A stretch of DNA of 64,000 nt, taken from the human T2T-CHM13v2.0 reference genome, Homo sapiens. A model generated the notes under the pieces. It was not told the origin of the DNA. It did not search any database and saw only the letters and a list, made by a program, of their open reading frames with translations. The DNA lies in the NCBI RefSeq assembly GCF_009914755.1, contig NC_060939.1; one strand, given 5' to 3'. Positions 1-17,965 of the stretch are shown one piece after another; position 1 is the stretch's first letter; every line of letters begins with the position of its first letter. A program made the position numbers and the translations under genes.

Positions 1-154
1 ACCATCAGATCTTGTGAGAACTCACTGTCTCCAGAACATCATGGGGGAAACTGGCCCTAGGATTCAATTATCTCCACATGGTCCCACCCTTGACATGTGG
101 GGATTATTACAATTCAAGGTGAGATTTGGGTGGGGACACACAGCCAAACTGTCA
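1..154 (-). mobile_element. MaLR LTR fragment (THE1D/MSTA-like), cut by the window edge
   Basis: Contains ACAATTCAAGGTGAGATTTGGGTGGGGACACACAGCCAAAC, the reverse complement of the THE1/MST LTR start. Confidence 0.85.
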
Positions 155-169
155 GTATCTGAAATTAGA

Positions 170-305
170 TAGCCTTGCATTTGAATTCAAGATCCCCAAA
201 TATTAACTTTGTGAATGTGGGCAAGTTTCTTCAACATCCTAAGCCTCATTTTTTGACATTTGAAAAATAGTACCTCCTTCATAGGGTTGTTGTAGCATTT
301 ACAAG
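170..305 (+). mobile_element. MIR SINE fragment
   Basis: Core motif TGGGCAAGTTTCTT...AAGCCTCATTTT...ATAGTACCTCCTTCATAGGGTTGTTGT. Confidence 0.75.
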
Positions 306-1172
306 CATTTAATTAATGGGAATTAATTATCACATAAGAATATATTTAAAAGAGAGCACTCCAAGCAATCATGCTTTGAAAATTAAGAAGATGAGTTATT
401 ATATTTAAGGTGTAATCCTGGGTCTTCTGAATCAAAAGATTGAAACATGATCTTGGATTGGGAGTAAAAATAAGTGATTGAATTTTTTTCTTTTGGACAA
501 AAATGAATATTTTGCAGTTGAAAAAATATTTCATTAACTAGATTGAAACTTCTCACAGTCAATGTGAGCCAGCTCAGCTGAATATCTGTTATTTGGGGCT
601 GGACAGTGAGGGATGCCATACAAAGCTCTTCTGTGTCCAGGCTGAGTAACAGCCATATGATACTCCCAGACATACCTTTTCAAGCCACGTGACACATTGC
701 CATGCCAAGCACAGAGAGTCTGTATATTTCTCTTTCCTGTTATTACACATTCCATGCTGATTTCAATGTAGAATGAGCATTTGAATAGCCTGTGTGTTGA
801 AAATTGAACCCAGTGAGACAAACTCTTAAGGACTCGCTTTTAATAACAGAATGAGATGAGAGAGAAGGCAGGCCTATGCATTTCCCTTTGCTCTAACTAG
901 CAGTCCCAGAAACAAATAATGAGTGCCCATTGTCAATGACAATGTGCCTTGCAAAGAAGGCACAGCTATCCCAAGAACAAGTAACTGTGTCTATAGGTAA
1001 TAAGCAAATGGACTCTTGAATATATATTCGGAGTACAAATTTGGAACACACATGAAGAGCTAGCGAAGACAATTTGGTTGTGTTGAGGTTAGTAGTGTGA
1101 AAGAATCTACTGCTTTACAGCTTTTGATTCTGTAATGCAGGCTTTGCAAGTGAAGTAGAATGTTATTTGGAC

Positions 1173-1483
1173 TTTTTTTTTTTTTTTTTAGATGGAGTCT
1201 TGCCCTGTTGCCTAGGCTGGAGTGCAGTGGAGCAATCTTGGCTCACTGCAACCTCCACCTCCCCTCCCAGGTTCAAACGATTCTCCTGCCTCAGCCTCCC
1301 AAGTAGCTGGGATTACAGGTGCCTGCCAGCAAGCCCAGCTAATTTTTTTTTCTTTTGTATTTTTAGTAGAGACGGGGGTTTCACCATGTTGGCCAGGCTG
1401 GTCTCGAACTCCTGACCTCATGATCTGCCCACCTCGGCCTCCCAAAGTGTTGGGATTACAGGCATGAGCCACTGCACCTGGCC
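1173..1483 (-). mobile_element. AluS (AluSg-like), full length
   Basis: Poly-T head, Alu dimer, TSD TATTTGGAC at 1164 and 1484. Confidence 0.95.
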
Positions 1484-2041
1484 TATTTGGACCTTTAAGA
1501 GTGGGATCATCATGATTTGGTGGTGCAGCAAGGAGACAAATTATATCCTTTGGAGGTGCTGGCAGAATAAAATACCTTACAAGGCAGCACCTTGAAGCTG
1601 GCAGAGAAGTGAAAAGAATCCATGCAGGTGATGACACAGGCAGTCCTGGGAGTGAAAGGTGGAGGTGGCATGGAGGGGTAGAAGCGGGTGGAGGATGGAG
1701 AGGCAGGGCTTCATCATATGAATAAAGAGCCACAGAGGTGACAGCGGGAAATAACGATGTGCATATGAAGTGTGCAGCATGTGGAATCTGAGGGAGAAAG
1801 GACAGAGCATGAAGGGGGTTTCAATGAAGGTGAGGAAGGATCTCTACAGTACTTCCCTGGTATCAAATTTCTTATTTCATTGTATATATTGAAGGTGTCC
1901 AACATCATGTTGTGATATACACAGTGAAATGTTTACTACAGTCAAGCAAATTATCCTATCCATCATCTTCCATTGTTACTTTTTGAGGTGGGATCACCTA
2001 AAAGCTACTTTCTTAGCTGATTTCCGATATACTACACAATA

Positions 2042-2381
2042 CAGTCAGCCTTCTGTATTTGCAGGTTTCACATCTCTGGATTTAAGCAACTGTAGCTTGA
2101 AAATACTTGAAAAAAAAATAACAATAAAAATAGCACAATAAATATAATACAAATACACCAATACAGGGTGACAGCTATTTACATAGCATTTATATTGTAT
2201 TAGGTATTATAAGTAATCTAGAAATGATTTAATGTGTGCAGAAAGATATGCCTAGGTTATATGCAAATACTATACCATTTTAAACTGGAGACTTCAGTAT
2301 CCATTGATTTTGGTTTTGGAGGCGGGGCAAAGGTGGGGGGTTTGCCTGGAACAATTGGCTGCAGATGCTGAGGGATGACTG
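2042..2381 (-). mobile_element. MER2 (TcMar-Tigger non-autonomous DNA transposon), complete
   Basis: 340 bp; terminal inverted repeats CAGTCAGCCTTC / GAGGGATGACTG; TA on both flanks; internal TAGGTATTATAAGTAATCTAGA. Confidence 0.85.
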
Positions 2382-2584
2382 TATATAAGTTGGCGTGGAA
2401 ATTCCCGACTTTGTAGGTTGTACACATGCTGATATTGTCTTTCCTTGCCTTTTTTATTCTAACAACATTCTCACCCCCTCCTCAGTTGTATAATTCATCC
2501 GGTTTATTATGAACTACAGTCCTCATGCTGTACATGAGCTCTCTAGACTTAATCTCCCTCCCTGTTCTAGTTCTGTTTCTATAC

Positions 2585-2870
2585 TTTTTTTTTCTCCAAG
2601 AGATAGGGTCTTGCTTTGTTGCCCAGGCTGAAGTGCGATGGCACGATCATCCTAGCTCCCTGTAGCCTTGAATGCCTAAGCTCCCAAGCAGTGGGGACTA
2701 CAGGTGTATGCGCCACCCCGCCCCACTGATTTTTTTTTTTTTTTCATTTGTTTAAAGATACAGGGTTTTCTATGTTGCCCAGGCTGGTCTCCAATGCCTG
2801 ACCTCAAGTGATCCTCCTGCCTCATTCTCTTGAGTAGCTGGAATTACACGTGCGAGCCACTGCTATTGGC
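2585..2870 (-). mobile_element. AluJ, diverged
   Basis: AluJ diagnostics AGGGTCTTGCTTTGTTGCCCAGG, GATCATC, CTCAAGTGATCCTCCTGCC. Confidence 0.9.
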
Positions 2871-3214
2871 TTTTTCTATGTATTCGATGTCTGTTTTAGA
2901 TTTCACAGTGAAATCATACACGATTTTTGTTTCTGTGACTGGCTTGTTTCACTTAGCATAATGACTTCCAGATTGATCCGTGTCACAAATGGCAGATTTC
3001 CTTCTTTTAAAAGGCTGAATAGTATTCCATTATATATATGTACCACAATTTCTTTATCCATTCATCCCTCAATGGACACTTAGGTTGTTTGTATATCTTG
3101 GCTACTGTGAATAATGCTACAGTGAATGTGGGAGTATAGATATCTCTACAGGGTACTGATTTCATTTCCTCTGGGTATGTAGCTTTTCAATTTTTAATGT
3201 TATATAAGATGGAA

Positions 3215-3450
3215 TCTCTTAGGATATTGTCAAGAAACAGCACCGTAAAAATGAATAACATAAGAGTTTAATTAAGAAATTATCGTCAAAGTTGTGGGCA
3301 GAGTGCAGGGAAGCCACGGGGAGCCTTCAGGGTGGGGAGCATTTTCACTGCCACCTCCAAGGGGCAAACAGAGGGAGGAGTTACTGGAGCCCTGGTGGAG
3401 AGTACCAGGTGGAGGGGGCTGCTGGACAGGAGCTGCAGCAGGGCCTACAG
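3215..3450. mobile_element. Possible ERVL LTR fragment (LTR33-like)
   Basis: AGAGTTTAATTAAG...GTGGGCAGAGTGCAGGGAAGCCAC...GGGAGGAGTTACTGGAGCCC resembles recalled LTR33. Confidence 0.45.
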
Positions 3451-3656
3451 TCCATATCCAGGACGTGGGCGGGGGGACAAGTGTGTAGGTTGATCTTTCC
3501 ACTTTTCATAGACACAGGAACTCTCTGCATGTGGTACTATGTTGATTTCTACTGCAAGGATTTCTTCCTTGATTTCAGTCTCCTCTTGGAGTTGAAGGGA
3601 CAGAGAAAGAAGAAGAAAGACTTTTGTGGGATATTTTTTTCAACTTCTCTCTGCAG

Positions 3657-3719
3657 CCATCAAAGGAGAAATTGAACTACCACAGGAGCATTGCGATGTG
3701 TTTGGTGGTCAGGAGGGTG
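3657..3719 (+). other. Candidate internal exon (63 nt)
   Basis: Acceptor TTTTTTTCAACTTCTCTCTGCAG, donor GTG|GTGAGA; open in two frames. Confidence 0.25.
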
Positions 3720-4029
3720 GTGAGACACGGAGATTCGTTGAGCATTAGCAGATGGCCCTGAAGCTTCTTACCACGGGACCATCTGCAGGTCTGCTTGATT
3801 TATAATCTCTTCCTTTGCCTGCTTTAAGAGTGTTGATTGAAACTATACATCCTGAAATACACCTACCTGTTTTTGCTTTAAATATCCACTATGAGAAACA
3901 CCAATAACATAAGCACGACTCAAAAGAAGGAGAAACTCAGACTGCCTCTTCCCTAGCCACAGGAGCTTGCCTTGGCTCTTTTTACTGAATCCTCCTATTC
4001 TTGGTGAATTCCACAAGGAAAAGGGATAA

Positions 4030-4378
<349 letters not shown>

Positions 4379-4429
4379 CTTTCCATTTCATTTAGCATGT
4401 GGTAGGGAAGAGGCGGGGGTTTAATAAGC

Positions 4430-4625
4430 GTGATATTGAAGTCAGGCGGATGTGGGTTTAGTTGTTGGCTCTGTGTCTAGTTACATGATGTGGGCATATT
4501 ACTTGATCTTACTGAGAATCAGAACTTACATCGATAAAATTGAGTTGTTTTGAGAACTAAATATGACATTTAAAGTGCTTAGCATGCTATCTGGTACATA
4601 CCAACCACTTAATAAATATCTATTA
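4430..4625 (+). mobile_element. MIR SINE
   Basis: TAAAGTGCTTAGCATGCTATCTGGTACATA...AATAAAT and an (ATT)n tail. Confidence 0.7.
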
Positions 4626-5661
4626 TTATTATTATTATTGTAAATCATCTCCCGTATCAATGTCTGCTTAAGAAATACTTGTCTTTTTTAGATTCAAAAG
4701 TTGTAAAACTTCTCTGTCCCTAATCCCAATACGTGTACTGGTGTTCTTTCCCGGTTCATTGTGACCCCCACCACCTCCCTTCCAACCTCCCCTGCTCTAT
4801 TCCCTCCTCCCAGGCATTCCTCACGGGGTTTGGACTTCTCTGAAAAATGGTTTCATGGCCCCAATTACCTGCAAGCCAAAGAGTAAGTCACCGCTATTTG
4901 GCTTGGCTATTTGCTTGACACCAACCTACTGCTGGTGGGCGCCTGTGCTTTTAAAAAGAAAGATCTTTCCAAATGATAACAAACTTCCAATTACACATTT
5001 GGTTCCTTGAATTTATTAGGTCTACTGCAATGAACAAACTGTCCTTGTTACTTGTTTCCAAGAGCAACTCTGGTTTTAAACAAATCAAATTTCTGTCCAT
5101 TTTTAATATTGGTTTTTCATTTTGGATTTAAGAGAAAAATGTATGAGCTCTTCTTTCCTAAGGAAGCTGTTTCTCCAATTATTATCCTGAGTTTTTTTTT
5201 TTTTTTTTTTTTTTTTTTGCTTTACCTTCAGTTTAGCTTAAGTGGTATCAAAGGGGTTGATCTTTGACTCCTTTGCTCTGTCTTCAGAAAAATTAATAAC
5301 ATATCCAATCAGACAATGGTCTGTTATGTCATCTTGGCACAGGTACATATTTATTTGTAAAACAATTTTTCCTTCATAAATATCATTTGTAAAACATTAA
5401 AATTTGTTTTCAGTTCTGGATCTATGTTCTTCTTTCTTTAGTTCTGTAGCTAATATTTTTTTAAAAGTTTCAAATTTTTTGACTCTATCTTTTTCTCCTT
5501 CAGAGAGCTTGATCCTTCCCTAACTTCCTAAAAAAGAAAAAGTCCTCGTCCTTCCTCTTCATCTGTAATGGGTGAGAAAATGACAACAACAAAAAAACAA
5601 CATGAAAAACAAGACATCCAGCCATCTGTGTCGACAAGAGAAGCATTCCCTTGCTTGTCCT

Positions 5662-5669
5662 TGACGTCA
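5662..5669. promoter_or_regulatory. Full palindromic CRE (TGACGTCA)
   Basis: Exact CREB/CREM consensus with intact CpG in non-repeat, CpG-poor DNA; function unverified. Confidence 0.3.
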
Positions 5670-6445
5670 CGGCATTTACTACCAGTCACTCAGACCCAGC
5701 CCTTGGAGTGGCATGGGGCTTGGTACTCCATTCAGAGCTGCTCAGCAATGCCTGGTATTCCTGTTGAGGAATGCTCTTGGCAAGGGGGAAGTGATTCTCT
5801 TCTCTTCCACTAAGGACTCATGAAAGGACTTTCAGATGTCTTTACCCTGACCTGGGTCTTCAAAGAACAGAACTTCTTATCTTCCATACTTTCCTAAGTA
5901 AGGGGCAACTCGGTCATTTTCTGCCGTTACTTAGGCGCTTTTCTCTTCCTTATTATTTCATTTCTTCATAGAATCTGGCCAAGGTTGTTGAGAAATCCAG
6001 CTCTTCGTATTGAGGTGCCAGGAGACAAGAGCAAATGTTGCTCTTTCCCCTCTCTAAACATAGAATTTTGTTGCCCCAGCACCACCTAATTAACTCCCTG
6101 ATTTCCACCCCCAAGCACTCCTCTGTTATTCTTAATTTGGAAAATATATATATATCTTGGTTGTAGGTTTTGAAGGTAGGAGGAGGATAAAAAGGCTATG
6201 TTGGGGACTTTTAGGGTTAGGGTGAAAGATGATGGGGCACTTTGCCATAGGGATTCCTACTTAGAAGTATGAAAGCAGAAATTAAATATTCTTAACCACA
6301 GCAGCATGTTTATGTGCTCACTATTTCCTCCTTGAGACCTTCTTCTTACCTTCATCATCCACAAGATGGGTAATTCAGGTCTGTGCCATTCAGTTTCTCT
6401 TTCATCAGCTCTGGTGTCTCCTGCTCTATGCCCTTTGTCAGGTAC

Positions 6446-6846
6446 TGTCTTAGTCTGTTTGTGCTGCTATCACAAAATACCAGAAACTGGGTAATTTATA
6501 AATAACATAAATTTATTTCTCATGGTTCTGGAGGCTGGAAAGTCCAAAATAAAGATGCTGGCAGGTTGAGTCTGGTGAGGGCCCAGACTTTGCTTCCAAA
6601 ATGGCATTGTGTTGCTACATCCTTCAGCAGGGACTAATGCTATGTCCTCACATGGCAGAAGGGCCAGAAAGGGAGAAGGGCCTAGCCTTAGTTCCCTTGA
6701 ATCCTTTTATAGGGGCACTAATCCATTCACAAGGGTTCCACCCTCATGACCTAATCACCTCCCAAAGGCCCTACATCTTAATATCATCACATTGGCAAAT
6801 AACTTTTAATATATGAATTTTGTGGGGATGCATTCAGACCATAGAA
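6446..6846 (-). mobile_element. MaLR solo LTR (MLT1A/MSTD-like)
   Basis: TGTCTTAGTCTGTTTGTGCTGCTATCACAAAATACC...CTCATGACCTAATCACCTCCCAAAGGCC...CATTCAGACCATAG. Confidence 0.85.
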
Positions 6847-7599
6847 GATGCTCTTTGTTTCCCTTGAACATTACTGTTTTTTAAGGATTTGGCCTCAAAT
6901 TCCTTCTCTTGATAGATCTCCTTTTGGAATTACCTATTCTGAAAATGCTCATGTTTCACTAATTTTCCTATGACTTTTACATCTGTATCTCTCATCTTGA
7001 ATTCCAGTTCTACATTTTCAAATGACTCATACGTGGACAATGCACTGTCAGCAGAAACTCAACATTTGTAAGGCAGGACTCTTCAATTTTTCCTCATTTT
7101 GATCTCCTCCCATACCCTTTAATTGTCAAGGACATACTTTTAGGTGTCCAGATTCAAAATTTTAGAAGCATCCTAAATAGCCTCTTTCCCTTAATCCCCA
7201 CTTATCCACTCAGTGACTTAATCTTGTATATCATTATGATCATTTTCATATATGTCCTTTTATTTTTAAAATGACTTGAAGATTTTTTTTCCTATAAAAG
7301 CCATTTTTTTCTGTACATTGCAGGAAACAAAGCTGAAAAATATAAAAAAGCATACAGAATATATCTTCTATAATTAAACTGCACAAAGATAACTATCCAT
7401 TTTCAGTCCTCATTTCCTGTGTGTTTATGTAGTAAAAAGACTGAATCATAATGTTTGCAGTTACTATATTTCTTAATGAGAAATTGTAAACATTTTAAAT
7501 GTTGCTAAATAATTTTTGTTTGCTTTATGCTCATAGTTGTGTCACAATTTATGCAAATATATAATGCTACGAATTTATTACCCTTATTTTCACTATTAA

Positions 7600-7930
7600 A
7601 ATAGTTGATATGTACCAACAAGACACATAGGAAAAAATTGACAGATTTTTCTCCATACAAATTAAAACTTTTATATGGCCACTGATATGAATGAAGTTAA
7701 AATGATAAACTGGGAGAAAACATAAATATGTGTAACAGAAAAGAGGTAATAAACACAATATATAGAGATATCAAGCCTAATATATAGAGTGCTTTAGAAA
7801 AGTTTGAAAAAGAACAACCCAGTAGAAAAAGAGAAAAACGCTGTAACAGACAACTCAAAAAGGGTAAACCAATGAATAAGAAAAATAGGTGGAAAATGGT
7901 GTCTCCTTAAAAAAAATTAATACTTTATGA
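7600..7930 (+). mobile_element. Ancient L1M ORF2 fragment
   Basis: AAATTAAAACTTTT...AAACTGGGAGAAAA...AACAACCCAGTAGAAAA, typical of L1 ORF2 3' sequence. Confidence 0.55.
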
Positions 7931-8479
7931 CATATTTTAAAATATAAAAAGTAATACACATTTATCTTAAAGTATTTAGTTAATACAGACGGGTATAAAA
8001 TCCATATGAAATTTAAACACCCAGAAATGATCACTGCAAACATTTGGTTTAATGTCTTCTATATTTATCTAATTATCAAAACAAGGGCTTTTATTTCCCC
8101 TCTAAACCATTCCTTGGCTTATTCAAAACATTTTCTACAGTTACAACTATAGCAACAAAAGAGACTACGAAAGAAAGACCTGAAGAGAAGATTTAAAAAT
8201 TGGAAGTTGATGATAATTGGGAGAAAATAAAGTAGCATTAATAAAATTATTTTCAGACAAAGTAGAATTTAGGGCAAGTAAAGGCGTTAAACAGAATCTA
8301 AAATTCTTTTGAAAAAAGCACAACCTGCATGATTTTATCTCTGATTTAAAAAATTACTTTCACGTATTCATCCCTCTTTGCTTAACCAACTTTATTCCTC
8401 ACTATAATTGCTCCTATTTTTGAATTAAATCTTAATTCATCACATCACATAATTTTTGGAAGCTGTTTTTCAGAATAAG

Positions 8480-9335
8480 TAGTTTTTGATGATTCGTTCT
8501 TCTCTTAGCATCTAAGACAAATAATGTCTTTGTTCCCTATCTTGCTGACTATTCTTTTTTCCTCTTCCCCAGTTTTATCCTTCTTACGCAGCCTTTAAGC
8601 GCTGCTTTCTTGGAGGGTTAATCCCAGGTTTTATTCTCTTTCTATTCTATACTTCTACCTAGGTGATTTGAACCCCAACTAGTTTTTTTAATATTGTTTC
8701 ATTTTTTAAAACAAATTTACTTAAGTTCCGGGATACATGTGCGGAATGTGCAGGTTTGTTGCATAGGTATACATGTGCCATGGTGGTTTGCTGCACCTAT
8801 CAATCCATCATCTAGGTTTTAAGCCCCTCATGAAAATTGACCACATAATTGGAAGTAAAACACTCCCCAACTAGTTTTTAAGTAGGTGCAGATGACTTTA
8901 AGCCAAGTCTTCTGAGTGGCATATCTGATTTCTCTTAGAGTTTCAAAGGTACCTTGGGCTGATTGTATCTGAAACTAAACATATGACCTTTGTTTCCAAT
9001 CTGTTTCTTTTTGTTGTTGTTTGTAGAATTTTTTCCTCGGTGAACTGCATCATCTTTCACCCATTTACAAAAGCCAGGCAAAATGGTGATCCTTAACACC
9101 TCTCTTTTCTCCCATGAATAATCCATTGCTGATCCCATTGATTTTACTTCTTAAACATTTCTGGAATCAATCAACTCTCCACCTCCATCATCACTCCAGG
9201 CCAACTGATCATTACCACCTGCTGGAATACTGAACTTTCCTAAATGGCCTTCTTCTGAGTATGCCATCACCTGCCATGATTCACAGTTAACCAGAATTTT
9301 TTTTTTTAATCTCAATTGGATCATGTCACTACAAT
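8480..9335 (+). mobile_element. L2 LINE remnant, interrupted at 8688-8864
   Basis: Pyrimidine-rich L2-like motifs: GCAGATGACT, TTCAAAGGTACCTT, CATCTTTCACCCA, TTGGATCATGTCACT. Confidence 0.55.
8688..8864 (-). mobile_element. Very short L1PA insertion with inverted 5' piece (twin priming)
   Basis: 15 bp TSD CCCCAACTAGTTTTT at 8673 and 8865; antisense L1PA 3' end followed by sense ORF2 piece AAAATTGACCACATAATTGGAAGTAAAACACTCC. Confidence 0.85.
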
Positions 9336-9339
9336 TGTT

Positions 9340-13830
<4,491 letters not shown>

Positions 13831-13939
13831 CACACCTTTTTTTCTTAGAGATTTATGTAGATTATGTCTTTTGTTTTTCGTGAAAGAGAAGTTCTGAAGT
13901 GTTGTTTGGCCACCAAGCCTGGCTTTCAGGTATTCTGCC

Positions 13940-14350
13940 CCATTCCTAGTCTTTCTTATGAGCACCCAATGGAGGCCCATGGGAAAAAAAGGTAGTGAGT
14001 GCAGATATTCCTTTTATTAGTCCTCTCATTAATTCTAAACTGTCACGATAGAGTACGTTTGCCTTTTAAGGTTTTATTACATTTGCCCTTTAAAGGTTTT
14101 ATTAAAATTTCTGTCTCTTTATTCTAACTTGTATGGCATTCATCTCCATAGGTAAAAGAGTCCAGCTTTTCCATTTCTTCTTACAGGGGATACTCATGAC
14201 TTAGAATTTAGGTCACTTGTTGCCTTGCAAAGTGAGCCCTATAATAGGTTGAAGATAATTTCGGATTTTATAGATTATCTGGCTTTTTCGTGTTGTTAGA
14301 ATGAGATGAAACTCACCTGCAGTTTTCTAGATCTTAAGTGAAAGTGGCAT
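13940..14350 (-). mobile_element. Ancient L1M 5'-region fragment
   Basis: Shares GGCCCATGGGAAA...GAATTTAG...TAGATTATCTGGCTT...TGTTAG motifs with 60650-61020. Confidence 0.45.
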
Positions 14351-14849
14351 TCAAATTTTAATGCTTCTCATATATAATTTTAGGCAGTCATTTGAATTCA
14401 CTTACAAAGGTAACTGATTCCATCAATTTCTGAACTTTTTCTAGGTTTTGCCGTGTGAATTGGCTTGCTCTTCCGGTTTATGATTTAGTTTTAAGGTCTT
14501 CCGTTTACCTTGTGTTTTCCACCTTCTAACACTAAATTTTATCTCTTTTCTCTAATTCTTTCATCCTAGTAAATTTAAGTCTTCTTAAAACAGAAAAAGA
14601 TAAAAGGCCATTATTTAAATTCAATTCTGAAAAGTTTATATCCATCACATTGATTGATTCAGCATCATATACTATCTACCATTTCAAGCTGTCAGAATAA
14701 ATCTCTAAGCTAGGATCTCTAGATCTTCCTCTTCTATTCACTTTGATTTTTAAATAATGTTTTCATGCTCTAGAGCAATTACTTGATTTTATATTCTGCT
14801 TATAATTCTTCAGTACAGATTCTTTTTTTTAAAATTGCCTTCAACAATT

Positions 14850-15172
<323 letters not shown>

Positions 15173-15642
15173 AACAATGTTCTTAACAGAGAGTAATACA
15201 AAAAAAATTGCAATACATAATGTTTATATTCTTCTTTGATGATTGAACAGCATCTTTAAGGTCTGAGTGGGATTCTGTATTTTCCAAATTTCATTATTGA
15301 TTCCTATAGATTTATTATTTCAATATTATTGAAATTTTCTCATATAATACTGATTCCTTCTTTATCTTTGAAATAACTCTCTCAGAATTTTGTCTATATC
15401 ACGTTTGTGACTCCAGCTTCCTCTCTGCTTAATTACCAGTGATATACACCACTGAGCAGAGAAGTCACTGTGGAGCATGTGGCTCCAAGCTGGTGAATAT
15501 AGTCTGAGATGATGCCTTTTATAAAAATGTCTGCTCTATAAGGCAATACTTCTGGTGGTGTGGATGGGCTACAGGGGCCCTTTTGGGTTTTCTGGATGAG
15601 CTTTAAAGATGCTGTATTTCTAGTCTTTCAGAGCAATGCAAT

Positions 15643-15815
15643 AATTCTCAACCTCAGCTGCACATTAGAACCTCCCAGGGAATTGTTCCCAAATCCTGAC
15701 ACCCAGGCTTCCGAGACCAATTAAATCAGAATCTCTTGGGGGTGGGATCTAGGCATCATAAACTTTTAATAATTCCTTAAGTGATTACAATGTATAGCCA
15801 AAATTGAGAACACTA
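15643..15815. mobile_element. MER5 (hAT-Charlie MITE)
   Basis: TTCTCAACCTCAGCTGCACATTAGAA...AAATCAGAATCTCT...TTGAGAAC. Confidence 0.8.
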
Positions 15816-16344
15816 ATATGAAAAGTAGGAAGCCTGGAAAAAGCTGAAAAATGTGATTTCAGGTGGAGAATGGACAATAAAACCACAATACATAAGGTGC
15901 TACACTTAGACTGAAGATATCCAAGTAAGATATTTGCTTTCATTTAATACAGTGTTTCTTAAATGTAATACACTTTACTCTAAAGAAAATGAATTCTGCT
16001 AGACCTGAGTATTCCCTTGACACAAATTATTTTTATTACATTGTTACGTAAGCATATTCAAAATAAATATTGCAATAGATCCCTTATATTAAAAAAATTT
16101 ATGTAACTATACAAAGAAATTTGGATTTAATACAAACAAAATAAAAAATTAATAATAGTAAAATAAGCAACATTAATTAAAAATGACCATATAGTATTTT
16201 GCTGCAACACAACCACAGTGGTTTAATTGAAAAAGATGTAGTTTTAGTTCTGGTCCTGTCTGCAACATATTTCTTAATTTTGATTTAAGTAATGCTAATG
16301 TTGAGAATTCTTATTTGTATAAATATGTAGTATTCAAATCTACC

Positions 16345-16769
16345 CAATAGTCCCATAGATAGTTTTTTGATAAACAGAAATTGCCCTCCTGATGGAAACT
16401 TACATTTGCTGTATCTGAGTTCCTTCTTCAGGAAACACATTCAGGCCTCTCAAAACAAGTATTAAAGAACTAAAACTCACCAGATTGCCCCTCCAGACAA
16501 TCAATCAGATGCTAGATCGCTCATTCATCAGGATTCCTTTCTTACCTCTCCCTCATTTCTGCTTTCTTAGGCATTGTTACATTTCTCTCTTGCTATATAG
16601 ACCCCTAATTTTACTTGGCCAGGGAGATGGGTTTGATTCTGATCATCCATTTCCTCAGCTGCAGCACCCGATTAAAGCCTTTTGCCTTAGCAATAATCAA
16701 GTCTCAGAGACTGACTTTCAGTGCAGTGAGCAGCAGGACCTAGACTGAACCCCTGGTGTTTTGGTAACC
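16345..16769 (+). mobile_element. ERV1 solo LTR (MER34/MER39-like)
   Basis: CAGCTGCAGCACCCGATTAAAGCC...GCAGCAGGACCTAGACTGAACCCCTGGTGTTTTGGTAAC; TATA-like motif ~16594, ATTAAA at 16671. Confidence 0.75.
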
Positions 16770-17438
16770 TTATAAACAGAAACTGATGATCCTAGCACTT
16801 TGATGGCTCCAGAAAATCAGATGTCCTAATAATCTAAGTCTTTGTAAGGTAGCAATACCAGAATGACAATTTTAATGCTATATCACTTGAATACTTGGTG
16901 AAGCTGTCATTTGCCTGATGTTCAGATTAGCTTTAAGATGTAATTGAAATCTTCAGCAATGGACATCTAAAGTAATTTTTGCTGGAATCCGGAGTTTAAA
17001 ATGTCTGCATTTTGGATTTTCAAGTACTATTAATGAACTGGGGCAGGGTGTGAACTACAAGGAAGGCATCCAAGTAATAAATCGAACAGGATATTGAAAA
17101 TGGTACTCAAGTGGCTCAGGTTATTTTGAATTCAGCAAACCTATGTATGGGTTTGTGTGTTTTACTGTCCATTAAAAGGTCATCAATATATTCCTAAACA
17201 TGTTTACCTTGTGTTTTGAATGTTAACATTGAGAGGGAAACAGAAAATATTCTCATAGAAAATCTGTGAATTTCCCTTATCAATATATATAAGGATCACT
17301 GGGCATGTGTAAATCTTAGACGGAAATGTTTTACATAAGAGACACTAATAAAGATATCTTAGCAGACTTGAGAGTGCTGCTGTTTATTTTCATCCCTGCT
17401 CACATAAGAGCCTGGCAGTCAGGCTGTGGTGGGCTCAC

Positions 17439-17525
17439 ATCATGCTTCTGGATATTCAGCATGAGCTCAGCGGTAGTCAGAATTCCTTTATGCATGTGGT
17501 GAAGGTAGAGCCGTTCCAAAGGTAC
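17439..17525 (-). other. Candidate internal exon (87 nt)
   Basis: Acceptor CCCCCTCTCTCCAG, donor GAT|GTGAGC; phase-0 frame open (VPLERLYLHHMHKGILTTAELMLNIQKHD). Confidence 0.35.
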
Positions 17526-17965
17526 CTGGAGAGAGGGGGCAGCCACTGCATCTACCCTAGTAATCGATGCCTTCATCCCTCACAGAGTCTAATTTCAGGC
17601 CTATCTGATGTGGAAGCAGTGGAAGCAGAAATTTCTGGATTAGAAATGTCTAGGAAAAAACACAGAGTATACGCTTGGGCATACCATGATAATCTTAATT
17701 GAAATGCTGGATGCAGGGTAAGAAGGGCAATGATGTGGTCATGCTTACACAGACATTGACAAGATTTTTTAAAAAAATTTTCTTTCATTGCTGTACAGAA
17801 ATGTGACATGATGGTATTATTATATGGCTATATATATCTTGTAATTTCCAAGATGACCCCAGTTTTAATAATCTGCACCATTAAAATTTGTAATATTCTG
17901 GAAATTTCATTATCTTGTGCATAGTAACTGAATTAGTTGAATCTGTATTTATTACAATAGGGCCT

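Larger units (their letters stand above)
1870..3180 (-). mobile_element. Old L1MA 3' end (pieces ~1870-2040, 2500-2580, 2880-3180), interrupted by MER2 and AluJ
   Basis: L1MA 3'UTR/ORF2-end motifs, e.g. CTGTGACTGGCTTGTTTCACTTAGCATAATG and AAGGCTGAATAGTATTCCATT. Confidence 0.8.

Noticed and set aside
5630-5810. Run of short possible hairpins suggesting a structured ncRNA
   Set aside because: Stems are short and imperfect, with no tRNA, snoRNA or miRNA hallmarks.
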